A stretch of 64,000 nucleotides of DNA from a virus, in IMG/VR virus record IMGVR_UViG_3300030329_006606, positions 1 through 64,000 of that record; one strand, given 5' to 3'. A program made the translations under genes and the position numbers. Under the pieces are notes generated by a model. It had not been told where the DNA came from. It ran no database searches and saw nothing but the letters and a program-made list of their open reading frames with translations. Shown here in pieces: positions 47,475 to 56,800 of this stretch. Positions within the stretch are counted from its first letter, which is position 1. Each line of letters starts with the position of its first letter.

Positions 47475-48185
47475 ATGAGCAAGCTAAAAAAAATCAAAAG
47501 AAACGCTGAAGGTCTCCTGACTGATGTAGATTACAAATTCTCAGAAGAAGGCCTAATTGATTGGCGAAAAATGATAGATAACAAGTGGCTTGTTCCAAAC
47601 AGGCAGCGCACAGAAGAAACGGACGTATCAAAACTAAATGACTATGAACTTATCATTCTCCTAGGAGGCATCAAAGAACTTGCCCAAATCCGCGGCTTTA
47701 CTGACGTAAAATATTCCGTGGTTTCGCCTAGTGCGGATTATGTGGTTGCCACATGCACAATCAGTTGGATTCCTAATTACGAAACCGAAGGAAAAGAAGT
47801 TTCATTTTCTGCAATAGGTGACGCATCCCCACAAAATACCAGTGGCTTTGGCCAAATGTTTTTGGCTGCATGCGCAGAAAATAGATCATTCGTACGTTGT
47901 GTCCGCAATTTTCTAAGAATTAATATCGTAGCTCAAGAAGAATTGGCCAAGATGGTCGCTGGAAAATCTTCCTACACCCCTCCTACTCCAGCGGTTGAAG
48001 AAAACCAGACTTCCCCCAGCTACCTCTTAAAGAAGGTTATGAAGGAAAAGTCGATTACATTTGAATCAGTTAAAAAGAAGCTCGTCAAAGAAAAATTTGA
48101 GGGGCTGGAGAAGATTAAAGGAGTAGACGACATTCCGAAGTTTAAAATGTTTGAACTAATAGAGAGAATTAAGACGATTAAATAG
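47475..48185 (+). CDS. Putative Rad52-like single-strand annealing protein
   Basis: GDA...A.AENRSFVRCVRNFLRI..VAQEE pattern; own promoter. Confidence 0.55.
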   Translation: MSKLKKIKRNAEGLLTDVDYKFSEEGLIDWRKMIDNKWLVPNRQRTEETDVSKLNDYELIILLGGIKELAQIRGFTDVKYSVVSPSADYVVATCTISWIPNYETEGKEVSFSAIGDASPQNTSGFGQMFLAACAENRSFVRCVRNFLRINIVAQEELAKMVAGKSSYTPPTPAVEENQTSPSYLLKKVMKEKSITFESVKKKLVKEKFEGLEKIKGVDDIPKFKMFELIERIKTIK

Positions 48186-48217
48186 GTTTATACCGCAAGA
48201 TGAATAAATATTAATAA

Positions 48218-48391
48218 TTATTTATCAGTAAATTTTTTTTCGAACTCTCTTTTTATGCTGCCTATTACGAAGTGAGCCTTTGTGGCGAATTTCTTTTCTG
48301 ATACGCTCGTACTATTTTTTGCCTGAATAACATATTCCCTGTCTAGGGCTTCTAGGACTTTCATAATTTCATATTCAGACATATACTTCAT
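48218..48391 (-). CDS. 57-aa hypothetical protein (not in ORF track)
   Basis: MKYMSEYEIMKVLEALDREY...; GTGTAAT motif 10 nt upstream. Confidence 0.55.
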   Translation of the reverse strand: MKYMSEYEIMKVLEALDREYVIQAKNSTSVSEKKFATKAHFVIGSIKREFEKKFTDK

Positions 48392-48447
48392 CCTAAAAAT
48401 TATTACACATTTTTTTAATTTTTACTAAACACTATTGTTAAAAAAAG

Positions 48448-48660
48448 TTAAGCTTCTGTAATAACTTCGTACTCTGTTCTTCTGTCTTCTAAAAATCCTT
48501 CGTCATACATATATTGTATTATGTTTGATATATCGTCACGCTCGACTCTTTGTTCTGGATCGTATATGTATATTCTTTTATTTTTCCAACAGCCATTGGG
48601 GTAATGAATGTTGGGTTCTTCCTTGATTTCTACATCCCAATTATATACTTTAAGTTTCAT
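48448..48660 (-). CDS. Hypothetical protein
   Basis: MKLKVYNW...YMYDEGFL; TAATG coupling to upstream giant gene. Confidence 0.65.
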   Translation of the reverse strand: MKLKVYNWDVEIKEEPNIHYPNGCWKNKRIYIYDPEQRVERDDISNIIQYMYDEGFLEDRRTEYEVITEA

Positions 48661-51600
48661 TATTGTGGGCAATCTTCAGCTTCAGCATGTCTCCAATTTG
48701 TGTCGTCCAATCGGTCATTTGTGTCTATGGGGGGATTATTTAAATTGTTGTTAGTTAGAGATACAAAACTCGTCCCTTGGTAACATACGACAGCGCCGAC
48801 ACTGTAACTAGTTACAGAATCCCAAGCATTAACCCCTTCCTCTCCACAGCAAGAATCGTCCGCATCATTTTGGCATGCTCCCGCTGTTTGTCCGGGCATA
48901 CACGTAACTGAAGTATAATCACAACAATCACTTATATTCCATCCGCTCCATAGACAATTATAGAATGTCCAATCACCAGTAGTATCCACCCAAGTTGACC
49001 CCGAAGCATTATATGTAGCCTCTGATATGGGGTAGGCACTAGCACAAACCGTATCTCCACCCGGGATTGTGACCAATCCATGGTTACAAGCTTGATTATT
49101 TAGGCAGCCTACGCTATGATTATCCTTACACTCCTTAGTATAGTAGGTGCAGCCCTCCTCAGGCCAACAAGTTTCCAACCTAAAGTAATCATATCCACTC
49201 GGACAGGATGGATCAGGATCACCGGTACTGTTTGTACAATTAGCGTTCGCTGTAACAGATATCGGACCGTTGTTCGGACAATTGGCCGCAGCGCCAAAAT
49301 TTGCTCCAAGACACATATTTAATCCCACGGGAAACGGGAAGATGGGCGACGTGACGGGGAAAAAAGGCATGTAATCAATGGAGGCCGCCACGTAATTTCC
49401 GTTTGTTATGGCCCAATACTTTTTGACACCAATATCAAGTGACTCAAGCTTAATAGCGCCATTAACCGTACCGTCATGATTCATAAGGTTGAACACCGCT
49501 GGATAAGGCCAGGGGTTTGTGGCGTGGTAACATGGCAAAACCTCGTTTATATAAGTTCCATTATACTGTGAATCTGACCCTGTGAAACCAGAGACATCGA
49601 CACAACACCTATTTGTAGGTTCACCGCTACAATTTGATTGCGAAACTAATGCCGCGTCAAATGCAGCGTCTGCAGGGTTTGGGTTATTTTGCTGACAAAG
49701 ATCTATATAAGTTTCAATCGGCACGCTCCAATTAAATGTACACGGATCACCCGCTTCTATACCTTGGTCCGAAGAATTTGCGCTTATATAGTAACTTCCT
49801 GCGTCCGTGTCACACCTCAGACAACAATCCCCCGGCGGAGCAGTTGTGGTTGTTGAGGTTGTCGTCACCACGACCGGCGGATCACAACACAACACAATAA
49901 ATTCGTTACCACCAGCATAATCATCTTGCTCCGCTGTATTGAAACCAGCGAACGCATTCCAATTAAAAGTTATTACCCCACCCGGGGGCACCTCTTGCCC
50001 GTTAACGGTTATACACCCCGTTTGTCCAGTGTTTGTAAATTTAGCAGTTTTAGTCAGATCTGCGGGGTTAACCTGAGGAGCACAATCAGAGTACTGATTA
50101 TACCAAACTTTGAAAGTTTTATCCTCCGTATAACTACCCGTAGCAATCTCAGGGCTTGGAGGCGCCGCTTCACAATCAGGATGAGCATCTACATTAAGAG
50201 ACATAGCGCCTTCGTTCATGTTGTCCCACCATACTGTAGGATCATTACCCACCTTAACGTATAAATCTAAATCAGGACACCCATTCTGCACCAAAGGGGT
50301 CGGCGTTGTTCCTGTCGTCGTCGTTGTCGGTGCAACAGTCGTAGTAGTTGTTGTCGCTGTTCGATAGCATGGATCACACGGAAAAACAGGGGACACCAAA
50401 CACAAACAGGGGTAGAAACTTGCGTACTCTGGAGCAGTATCCGTGGAGATCCAAACATAATCACCATACGCCGAATCCGTACCCTTGTGTGACGTAATGG
50501 GCGGCGACTGGATCGGATGATTCCAGAACGGATCATTACTGTCTATAACTTTATACGTGGTCACCGATTGTTGCGCCTCCTCCAATGCACAACCCGGAAC
50601 TGAACCAGCGCCGTGTGCATAAAGAATATCACCAGCATTAATACCTTCATTACTATTAAGCCATTTTTTAACGGGTTGGGCCTGCGGCGGACACTGACCG
50701 GGTGGGTAACAGGCACTATTCCCCCATCCCCCTAGCCCCGGAGTCCATGTTTGACTATAACAGTTATTTGCCCCACAACATTCACATGGACAAGGATCTG
50801 GAGTTGTTGTCGTTCCCGCCGCGGTTGTTGTTGTCGTTCCCGCCGCGGTTGTTGTCGTTCCCGCCGCGGTTGTTGTTGTCGGCGCTGCGGTTGTTGTTGT
50901 CGTGGCCCCACCACACTCACAATCATCACCCGCGCCAGTCATATCATTACAACTATTACCCATCCAGTGGTCTTGTATTACATCCGCATTATCACAATCA
51001 AGATTCGTAACGCTTATATTACCAATGCATTGGCCCCCGATCTTTACGCACTCAAAGCAGTCATCGCCGTTGCCGGTATCTTCACACGCACCATGACAGT
51101 CCTCTCCTGTGGTTCCATAATTGTCACAAAAAGTTACTTGCTGTCCATCGCAAACCCTAGTGCCAGAGTATACTCTTTTATGACAACCCTGACGCAGTGC
51201 CGGTGAGCACACTTGAGGACATGAGCCGGTACATAGCGGACACATATATACTTCATGATGGATAAGCCAAGACTGCCCCGTTACTCTTTTGTACCCCCAC
51301 TGCCAACAACATGGGTCGTTTGAAATTGAATTATTTGCAATCCAAGTATCCACCATTCCCTGAATATGATTGACAATCATAGTTTGAGTAGGAAAATTGG
51401 TTATCCCTGCATTATAAAAATGTTGAAGCGTAATAGTTTGGTTATGCCCACAACCGGACCCAGTACTTGAGCCATTCCACCCAGAAGGACAAGACGTCGT
51501 AGTGGTCCCAGAAGCCGTCGTAGTGGTCCCAGAAGCCGTCGTAGTGGTCCCAGAGGAGCAAGCATTACAGTTTGAGTCTACGTCCCAATAACCACCTTGA

Positions 51601-52988
51601 CCAGTAAAAGCTATTTCTTGGGTTACTTCGTAACAACATTGGTGAGCGACCCCAGCAATTTTAATAACGTCACCTATATTTAAATCTATAACCCCAATAA
51701 GGGTGCTGGCGTCTTGTGATAGTTTTCTGTTTGATACTTCCCCGGTCGGGGCGACTCCACTACACGAGAAGCCTTGGTTCGCGCACAACTGTAGACTATA
51801 TCCTTTATAGTTTGGCGCGACCGTTGTCGTCGTTGTTGATGTCGTCGTCGTTGTCGGTGCAACAGTCGTAGTAGTTGTTGCATTGCAGTATGAAATCATT
51901 GGAGCTCTATAATTCTCCAAGCAATCTCTCATTCGGTCCGCTTGACCTTGAGTGAATAACCCCATACAATGATCGGCTGAGTAATCCATGTAGTTCTCCC
52001 ACATGTCATATTCATCTGGATTTTCATGCATGCAACTGTTTGAATTAACCCCCGTATCCGGATCTGCTCCCGGACAATAGAGAGTCCCTAGGGCGGGGTC
52101 ACGCCACGCACCGCAGCCGTCTGTTCCCGCTGTACTAGAACCACACCAAGTATGATCGTAGCCCTGACGAGGTGTGTCCGTAACATAATCATCTTGCTGG
52201 CAATCGCCATCACCCCATATATGTCGTAAATTAAAAAAATGTCCAAGTTCGTGAGTAAGGGTTCTCCCCTCGTCGTAGCCATTTATGCCACCCGCAACAG
52301 TGCCCTTTTTCCAACTTTGAAGATTTATGACCACGCCTTGGATTGGGGCACCCATAGTCGAGTTCTGAGGGTGCCATGATGGAAATGATGCATAACCAAA
52401 AAGAATTGAATTTGGGTTGGCTGGATTATATATTTGCCCAATCCATATATTTAAAACTGTTGTGTTTGATTCGTTAGTGCTTGCTCCACCCACGGGGTCA
52501 CTCCCACCTTGCGAGCTCATTTTAATCTCATCACCTATAGGGTAGCCGGTGATAGGCGCAGAAACATCTGTTCTACCTGTGGACGGATCCCATTCAAGCT
52601 CTATACCTACATCTGCAGCCCTACTAGCCCACCTTGCCGGAATGTCTGCGTTCGTTTTTCTGAAATCTTCATTTACTTTATCTATGCCAGCTTGGATTTC
52701 CGCATCACTCAAGATTCCCGGATTTAAAAGACAAACATGTACATGACAACACACCTTATAAACCGTTTGCTGAGATGAAAATAAACCAAAAATGTCACTT
52801 TCTCTTGCTTCTCTTACTTTTTTAAGTCTTTCTAAGGATTCTAGCTCTTTTTGTATATATAATTGTTTTGATTCTTCTGGGTAGTTTTCGTATATTTTTT
52901 TAATATAAGAAGAGGTCGAGCAACGCCGACCAGTATCGTCTACTGGGTCGTTCCATGGCAAGATTATTTTTGGCTCTTTTTTACTCAT
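48660..52988 (-). CDS. 1442-aa M43 (pappalysin/ulilysin-like) metalloprotease with Cys-rich modules, Thr linkers and C-terminal CBM5/12-like module
   Basis: GRTLTHELGHFFNLRHIWGD, DTP, ENYMDYS Met-turn, FT.GQ..RM; WDSVTSYSVGAVVCYQG. Confidence 0.88.
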   Translation of the reverse strand: MSKKEPKIILPWNDPVDDTGRRCSTSSYIKKIYENYPEESKQLYIQKELESLERLKKVREARESDIFGLFSSQQTVYKVCCHVHVCLLNPGILSDAEIQAGIDKVNEDFRKTNADIPARWASRAADVGIELEWDPSTGRTDVSAPITGYPIGDEIKMSSQGGSDPVGGASTNESNTTVLNIWIGQIYNPANPNSILFGYASFPSWHPQNSTMGAPIQGVVINLQSWKKGTVAGGINGYDEGRTLTHELGHFFNLRHIWGDGDCQQDDYVTDTPRQGYDHTWCGSSTAGTDGCGAWRDPALGTLYCPGADPDTGVNSNSCMHENPDEYDMWENYMDYSADHCMGLFTQGQADRMRDCLENYRAPMISYCNATTTTTVAPTTTTTSTTTTTVAPNYKGYSLQLCANQGFSCSGVAPTGEVSNRKLSQDASTLIGVIDLNIGDVIKIAGVAHQCCYEVTQEIAFTGQGGYWDVDSNCNACSSGTTTTASGTTTTASGTTTTSCPSGWNGSSTGSGCGHNQTITLQHFYNAGITNFPTQTMIVNHIQGMVDTWIANNSISNDPCCWQWGYKRVTGQSWLIHHEVYMCPLCTGSCPQVCSPALRQGCHKRVYSGTRVCDGQQVTFCDNYGTTGEDCHGACEDTGNGDDCFECVKIGGQCIGNISVTNLDCDNADVIQDHWMGNSCNDMTGAGDDCECGGATTTTTAAPTTTTAAGTTTTAAGTTTTTAAGTTTTPDPCPCECCGANNCYSQTWTPGLGGWGNSACYPPGQCPPQAQPVKKWLNSNEGINAGDILYAHGAGSVPGCALEEAQQSVTTYKVIDSNDPFWNHPIQSPPITSHKGTDSAYGDYVWISTDTAPEYASFYPCLCLVSPVFPCDPCYRTATTTTTTVAPTTTTTGTTPTPLVQNGCPDLDLYVKVGNDPTVWWDNMNEGAMSLNVDAHPDCEAAPPSPEIATGSYTEDKTFKVWYNQYSDCAPQVNPADLTKTAKFTNTGQTGCITVNGQEVPPGGVITFNWNAFAGFNTAEQDDYAGGNEFIVLCCDPPVVVTTTSTTTTAPPGDCCLRCDTDAGSYYISANSSDQGIEAGDPCTFNWSVPIETYIDLCQQNNPNPADAAFDAALVSQSNCSGEPTNRCCVDVSGFTGSDSQYNGTYINEVLPCYHATNPWPYPAVFNLMNHDGTVNGAIKLESLDIGVKKYWAITNGNYVAASIDYMPFFPVTSPIFPFPVGLNMCLGANFGAAANCPNNGPISVTANANCTNSTGDPDPSCPSGYDYFRLETCWPEEGCTYYTKECKDNHSVGCLNNQACNHGLVTIPGGDTVCASAYPISEATYNASGSTWVDTTGDWTFYNCLWSGWNISDCCDYTSVTCMPGQTAGACQNDADDSCCGEEGVNAWDSVTSYSVGAVVCYQGTSFVSLTNNNLNNPPIDTNDRLDDTNWRHAEAEDCPQ
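50803..50903. repeat. Coding tandem repeat (TTT(T)AAG linkers)
   Basis: Repeated gttgt(tgt)cgttcccgccgcg units. Confidence 0.85.
51496..51554. repeat. 21-bp tandem repeat gtcgtagtggtcccagaagcc (about 2.8 copies)
   Basis: Seen directly; identical unit at 54525-54587. Confidence 0.9.
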
Positions 52989-53047
52989 TTCTTATATATA
53001 TTCTTCAATAATTACACTTTTTGAATAAATTAAATTACGATGACTCA

Positions 53048-53815
53048 TTATGTAGGCGGCGGAGCAACCGTTGTCGTACAAGGATTACACTCCGGACACT
53101 CTTCATTAGGGTCTACAGGCTCCCTTACATCCTCACAATTACAATCTTCACCATCATCACCACAAGGAGGAATAACTGGTTTAGGGAATGTTGGCGGACA
53201 CGGGGTAGTAGTCGTAGTAGCAGAACATGGCCATTCTAATAAAAATTCAACCGTATAACTACAATCTGGCGGCAACGTAGTCGTAGTTGATGTTGTTCCA
53301 CACGGCCACCCCAAAGAAAACTCAACTGTATAACTACAATCCCCCGGAGGAGTAGTTGTGGTTGTTGAGGTTGTCGTAGTTGGCGGCACGGTGGTAGTGC
53401 TTATTCCACCACAATCACAATTAATGTTGGTTCCACCTAAGGTTACCCATTCGTCATTGAGTCCATCTTCACAATCACCAAATCCTTGCCCATAGTAAGC
53501 CAGACCATAACTGTCTGGGCCCATTAAGTAGTCTAAGCCTTCGCTAATTATTTTAGCACAACAATCAATACCACCACAATACTGACCCCCGGCTGGATCG
53601 TTACCGGAATATGTTATGTACGCATAGGCAGGGTCTTGTGTCCAATTCCCCATCGGGTTGTCGTGACACATCGCACAATAAGCATCGTAAATTTTAACTT
53701 GCGCACCATCGCAACACCTTATGGCGTCGTAATAATGCCAAGGTCCAGAAGGATTATATATATAATGAAGATTTTCTCTTTCTTCACGCTGATTTATGGG
53801 CTTTTTTGGCGGCAT
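53048..53815 (-). CDS. Cys/Thr/Pro-rich protein with duplicated DCSYTVEF.L.WPC module
   Basis: Same composition as neighbours; internal duplication. Confidence 0.75.
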   Translation of the reverse strand: MPPKKPINQREERENLHYIYNPSGPWHYYDAIRCCDGAQVKIYDAYCAMCHDNPMGNWTQDPAYAYITYSGNDPAGGQYCGGIDCCAKIISEGLDYLMGPDSYGLAYYGQGFGDCEDGLNDEWVTLGGTNINCDCGGISTTTVPPTTTTSTTTTTPPGDCSYTVEFSLGWPCGTTSTTTTLPPDCSYTVEFLLEWPCSATTTTTPCPPTFPKPVIPPCGDDGEDCNCEDVREPVDPNEECPECNPCTTTVAPPPT

Positions 53816-53839
53816 TTTTTATTTTCCATTTTATCTTCA

Positions 53840-56800
53840 TTAAAAGCCCTCGTCGTAAGCTCGGCAATCAGCGCAATCACTAAAGCCACCCATGGTTATG
53901 GTACTTGTACCACTCAAGGAAGATGTGCTCAGAATTTCTGCACATACCCAATACCCAGAGCTCGTAGATGACACAAAATCTCCAACGCTGTGGGGGCCGA
54001 TAGCGTTTGCATCGTCCCATATTTCAATGGAGCCCGCCACGCACGAACCATCGTAGACTCGAACTTGATAATTAGGATCGCCTCCGCCCCCGGGGTCTTC
54101 AGTGGTCGTTGTAGAAGGAGGAGCAGACGTAGTCGTTGTTGGCTGCGTGCAGCTTGCGTCATAAGACAAGTTGTTTTGACCTCCCATATACCCATGATTC
54201 CAGCATTCATAACTTACAGTTCCATAGTTTGAACTAACAGTTATTGTTATATCACCATAGAAATATTGATATGAGTTTCCATCAAGGGCGGTTTTTGTCC
54301 CCTGACTAGTTGTACCAGTATAAGATATTTGAGATGTTTTTCCATTGTTCAATATTGCTATCGGATGAGCCGAAGGGACACCTGTCAATACATATGTGCC
54401 AGTAGTCGTTTTATAACTACCATAAGATCCTCCAAAAATATAACTATTAACACCATTAACCGTAGAGAAAGTTACAGCATTAGAAGCAGTTAAACATATA
54501 TTGTTTGGTGCTGCTGTAGTAGTCGTCGTAGTGGTCCCAGAAGCCGTCGTAGTGGTCCCAGAAGCCGTCGTAGTGGTCCCAGAAGCCGTCGTTGTAGTGG
54601 TCCCTGCGGCTGTAGTCGTAGTCGCAGCATTACATTTATCTACAAACCCGACACAGTTATTCTCTCCAGCAATCCAACTTAATACAGTAGTATCATTGTG
54701 GGAATTCATATCGTTACATTGCGCCTCAGTCATCATACCACACCCCAGCGTTTGCGAAGAACCAGCAAGGAAACAACACATACCAACCGGCGCCGTCGTA
54801 GTTGTTCCCGGTGCTGGGGTAGTGCTTGTAGTCGTACCGCCAGCGCAACAGCTTGTTTCCTGAAGGCTTGCTGGCAGGTTGTTTGATACAGGGTCGCAAT
54901 AATCATCCTTACATTCCTGAAGCGTGCTGTAACCAGCTACCTGCCAATTAGGAAGCGTGGACATACCAACTTCAGTGCAAACCTGACACGGTTCAGAAGA
55001 TGCAATTTGCTGTACGGCCACCTCCATCTCAACAAGAGGTTCGCATGATGGGCACCACTCAACCACAATTGGACTACCATCTTCATTAACAAAATTGACC
55101 CCAACCGGCTCAGGCATAAGCCCGCTGTCATAATCTCTTGCCCATACATAAAGGTTGGAATTATCTGCCCCCATCCAGCCAAAAACAGTGTGTTCAACAA
55201 CCCACATACATTCAGTGGTGTTGTTTTGGCCTAACGATGCTTCGGGGCAATTATCTAAATGATAATAAATTGAATGGGTGCCATTTACATCGTTAGAATA
55301 ATAAACCCCATTATATTTGCTCGCGTCAGGTCTAGCGTTACTATCTTTAACGCCAATCACTTGAATACATTTTTTTGGTCTTGGCGCCGGAGTGGTTGCC
55401 ACCGGTAAAGGTAGTGCGATAATATCACAACGCCAGTCTGGAACAAATCCAAATCCAGTCGAGGCCTGAGCCCCACCTACATTTCCCTGCCAAGGCACAT
55501 TTGGGAACGTCAAGGGTCCGCCGACCACGCCTCCGCCCCAAGGATATTTACTGCTCGGTGGACTTGGCCAAGCCGCCGCGCAAGCCTCCTTGATGAGATC
55601 TATATTTCCCACTGTGCAATTTGGTGGTGTAGCTGAATCCATAACTACTCCGCCCGCCGGAACGATCTTACTGCTAATATGCCACACCTTATATTCATGC
55701 TTGATTCCGGCATTGTCCCACCAATCTTCTTTCTTCGCGCATTGAATACAGCACTCTGCATCACCACCGGCAGGAGGATCGCCACAGTCTTTAACGCTGA
55801 CCGCTCCTCCCGTCACCGTTACGTTAGCTGGGGTGGCTTTATTACATTCTTGAATAGCCAAGTTCCAATTTGGATCGCTATTATTCCAATTTTGAAGAGT
55901 AAATTTGGTTGTTATTTTCCATGAAACCATATTTGTTGTTGGGCTTGCGGCGAAACATTCTATACAATGCTCAGGTACGTTGTCACCGCATAACGTTTCA
56001 CAAGCCGCTTTGTTTACATTAGTTATGCCCGCGATCCACTTATTACCCACACCATACCTCTCTTCACATTCCTGCTTGGTTAAAACGACACAATCGCTCA
56101 ACCCGTCCCCTTGTACACCCACTGGCGGTGCGGCGGTAGTAACAGGTTCACAACAAGGAAGCGCCAAGCCGCTAATACAAACAGACGCTTTACATTCTTC
56201 TTTGTTTAGAAAGAGGTCGTTTGGATATTCTTGATCGCATAATTCACACGAAGGCCACCGTTCGGTCCTTAGATTCTCCCCACCGAAACCATTTATTAAA
56301 TGAACCCTAAAAGGATTTTCGCTTTCGTTTTCGTTTTCGTTCGTTCCTCCCCCACAACAACCATTGACCCCGTCACCACAATAAAATTCTTTACATTTTT
56401 CTTCCGATTCCCATCCATTCTGTTGCGCGTTGTCACAGCTAGGACACCTGTTACACGGATTCGCGCTACATACAGCCCCCTGAGTCCATTGAACACCCGC
56501 CTTATCATCTAGACATTCTTTTTGTGTGAGATTATCGTGGCATTCCGCATTTCCATCAACGTCTTCCACGCAGCAAGCACCTCGACCGTTCGTGGTTGGA
56601 GGTAACACCGGCTTACAACACAAGCCCTTTTCAGTTGGCCTCCCTCTATTCGTACAATCTACGTGTTCGCATTTTTTGCCCGCACCTTTCCAATCTACGA
56701 CAAGAATGCCCGGGCTGGCGCCCCAACTCAGACATTGCGCCTGAGTCATTAATCTACAGTCCGGACCAAAGCGCCCAACGGCATGAAAACAGCACGGCCC

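Noticed and set aside
50803-54587. CRISPR array
   Set aside because: Repeats are tandem, in-frame Thr linkers without unique spacers; no cas genes
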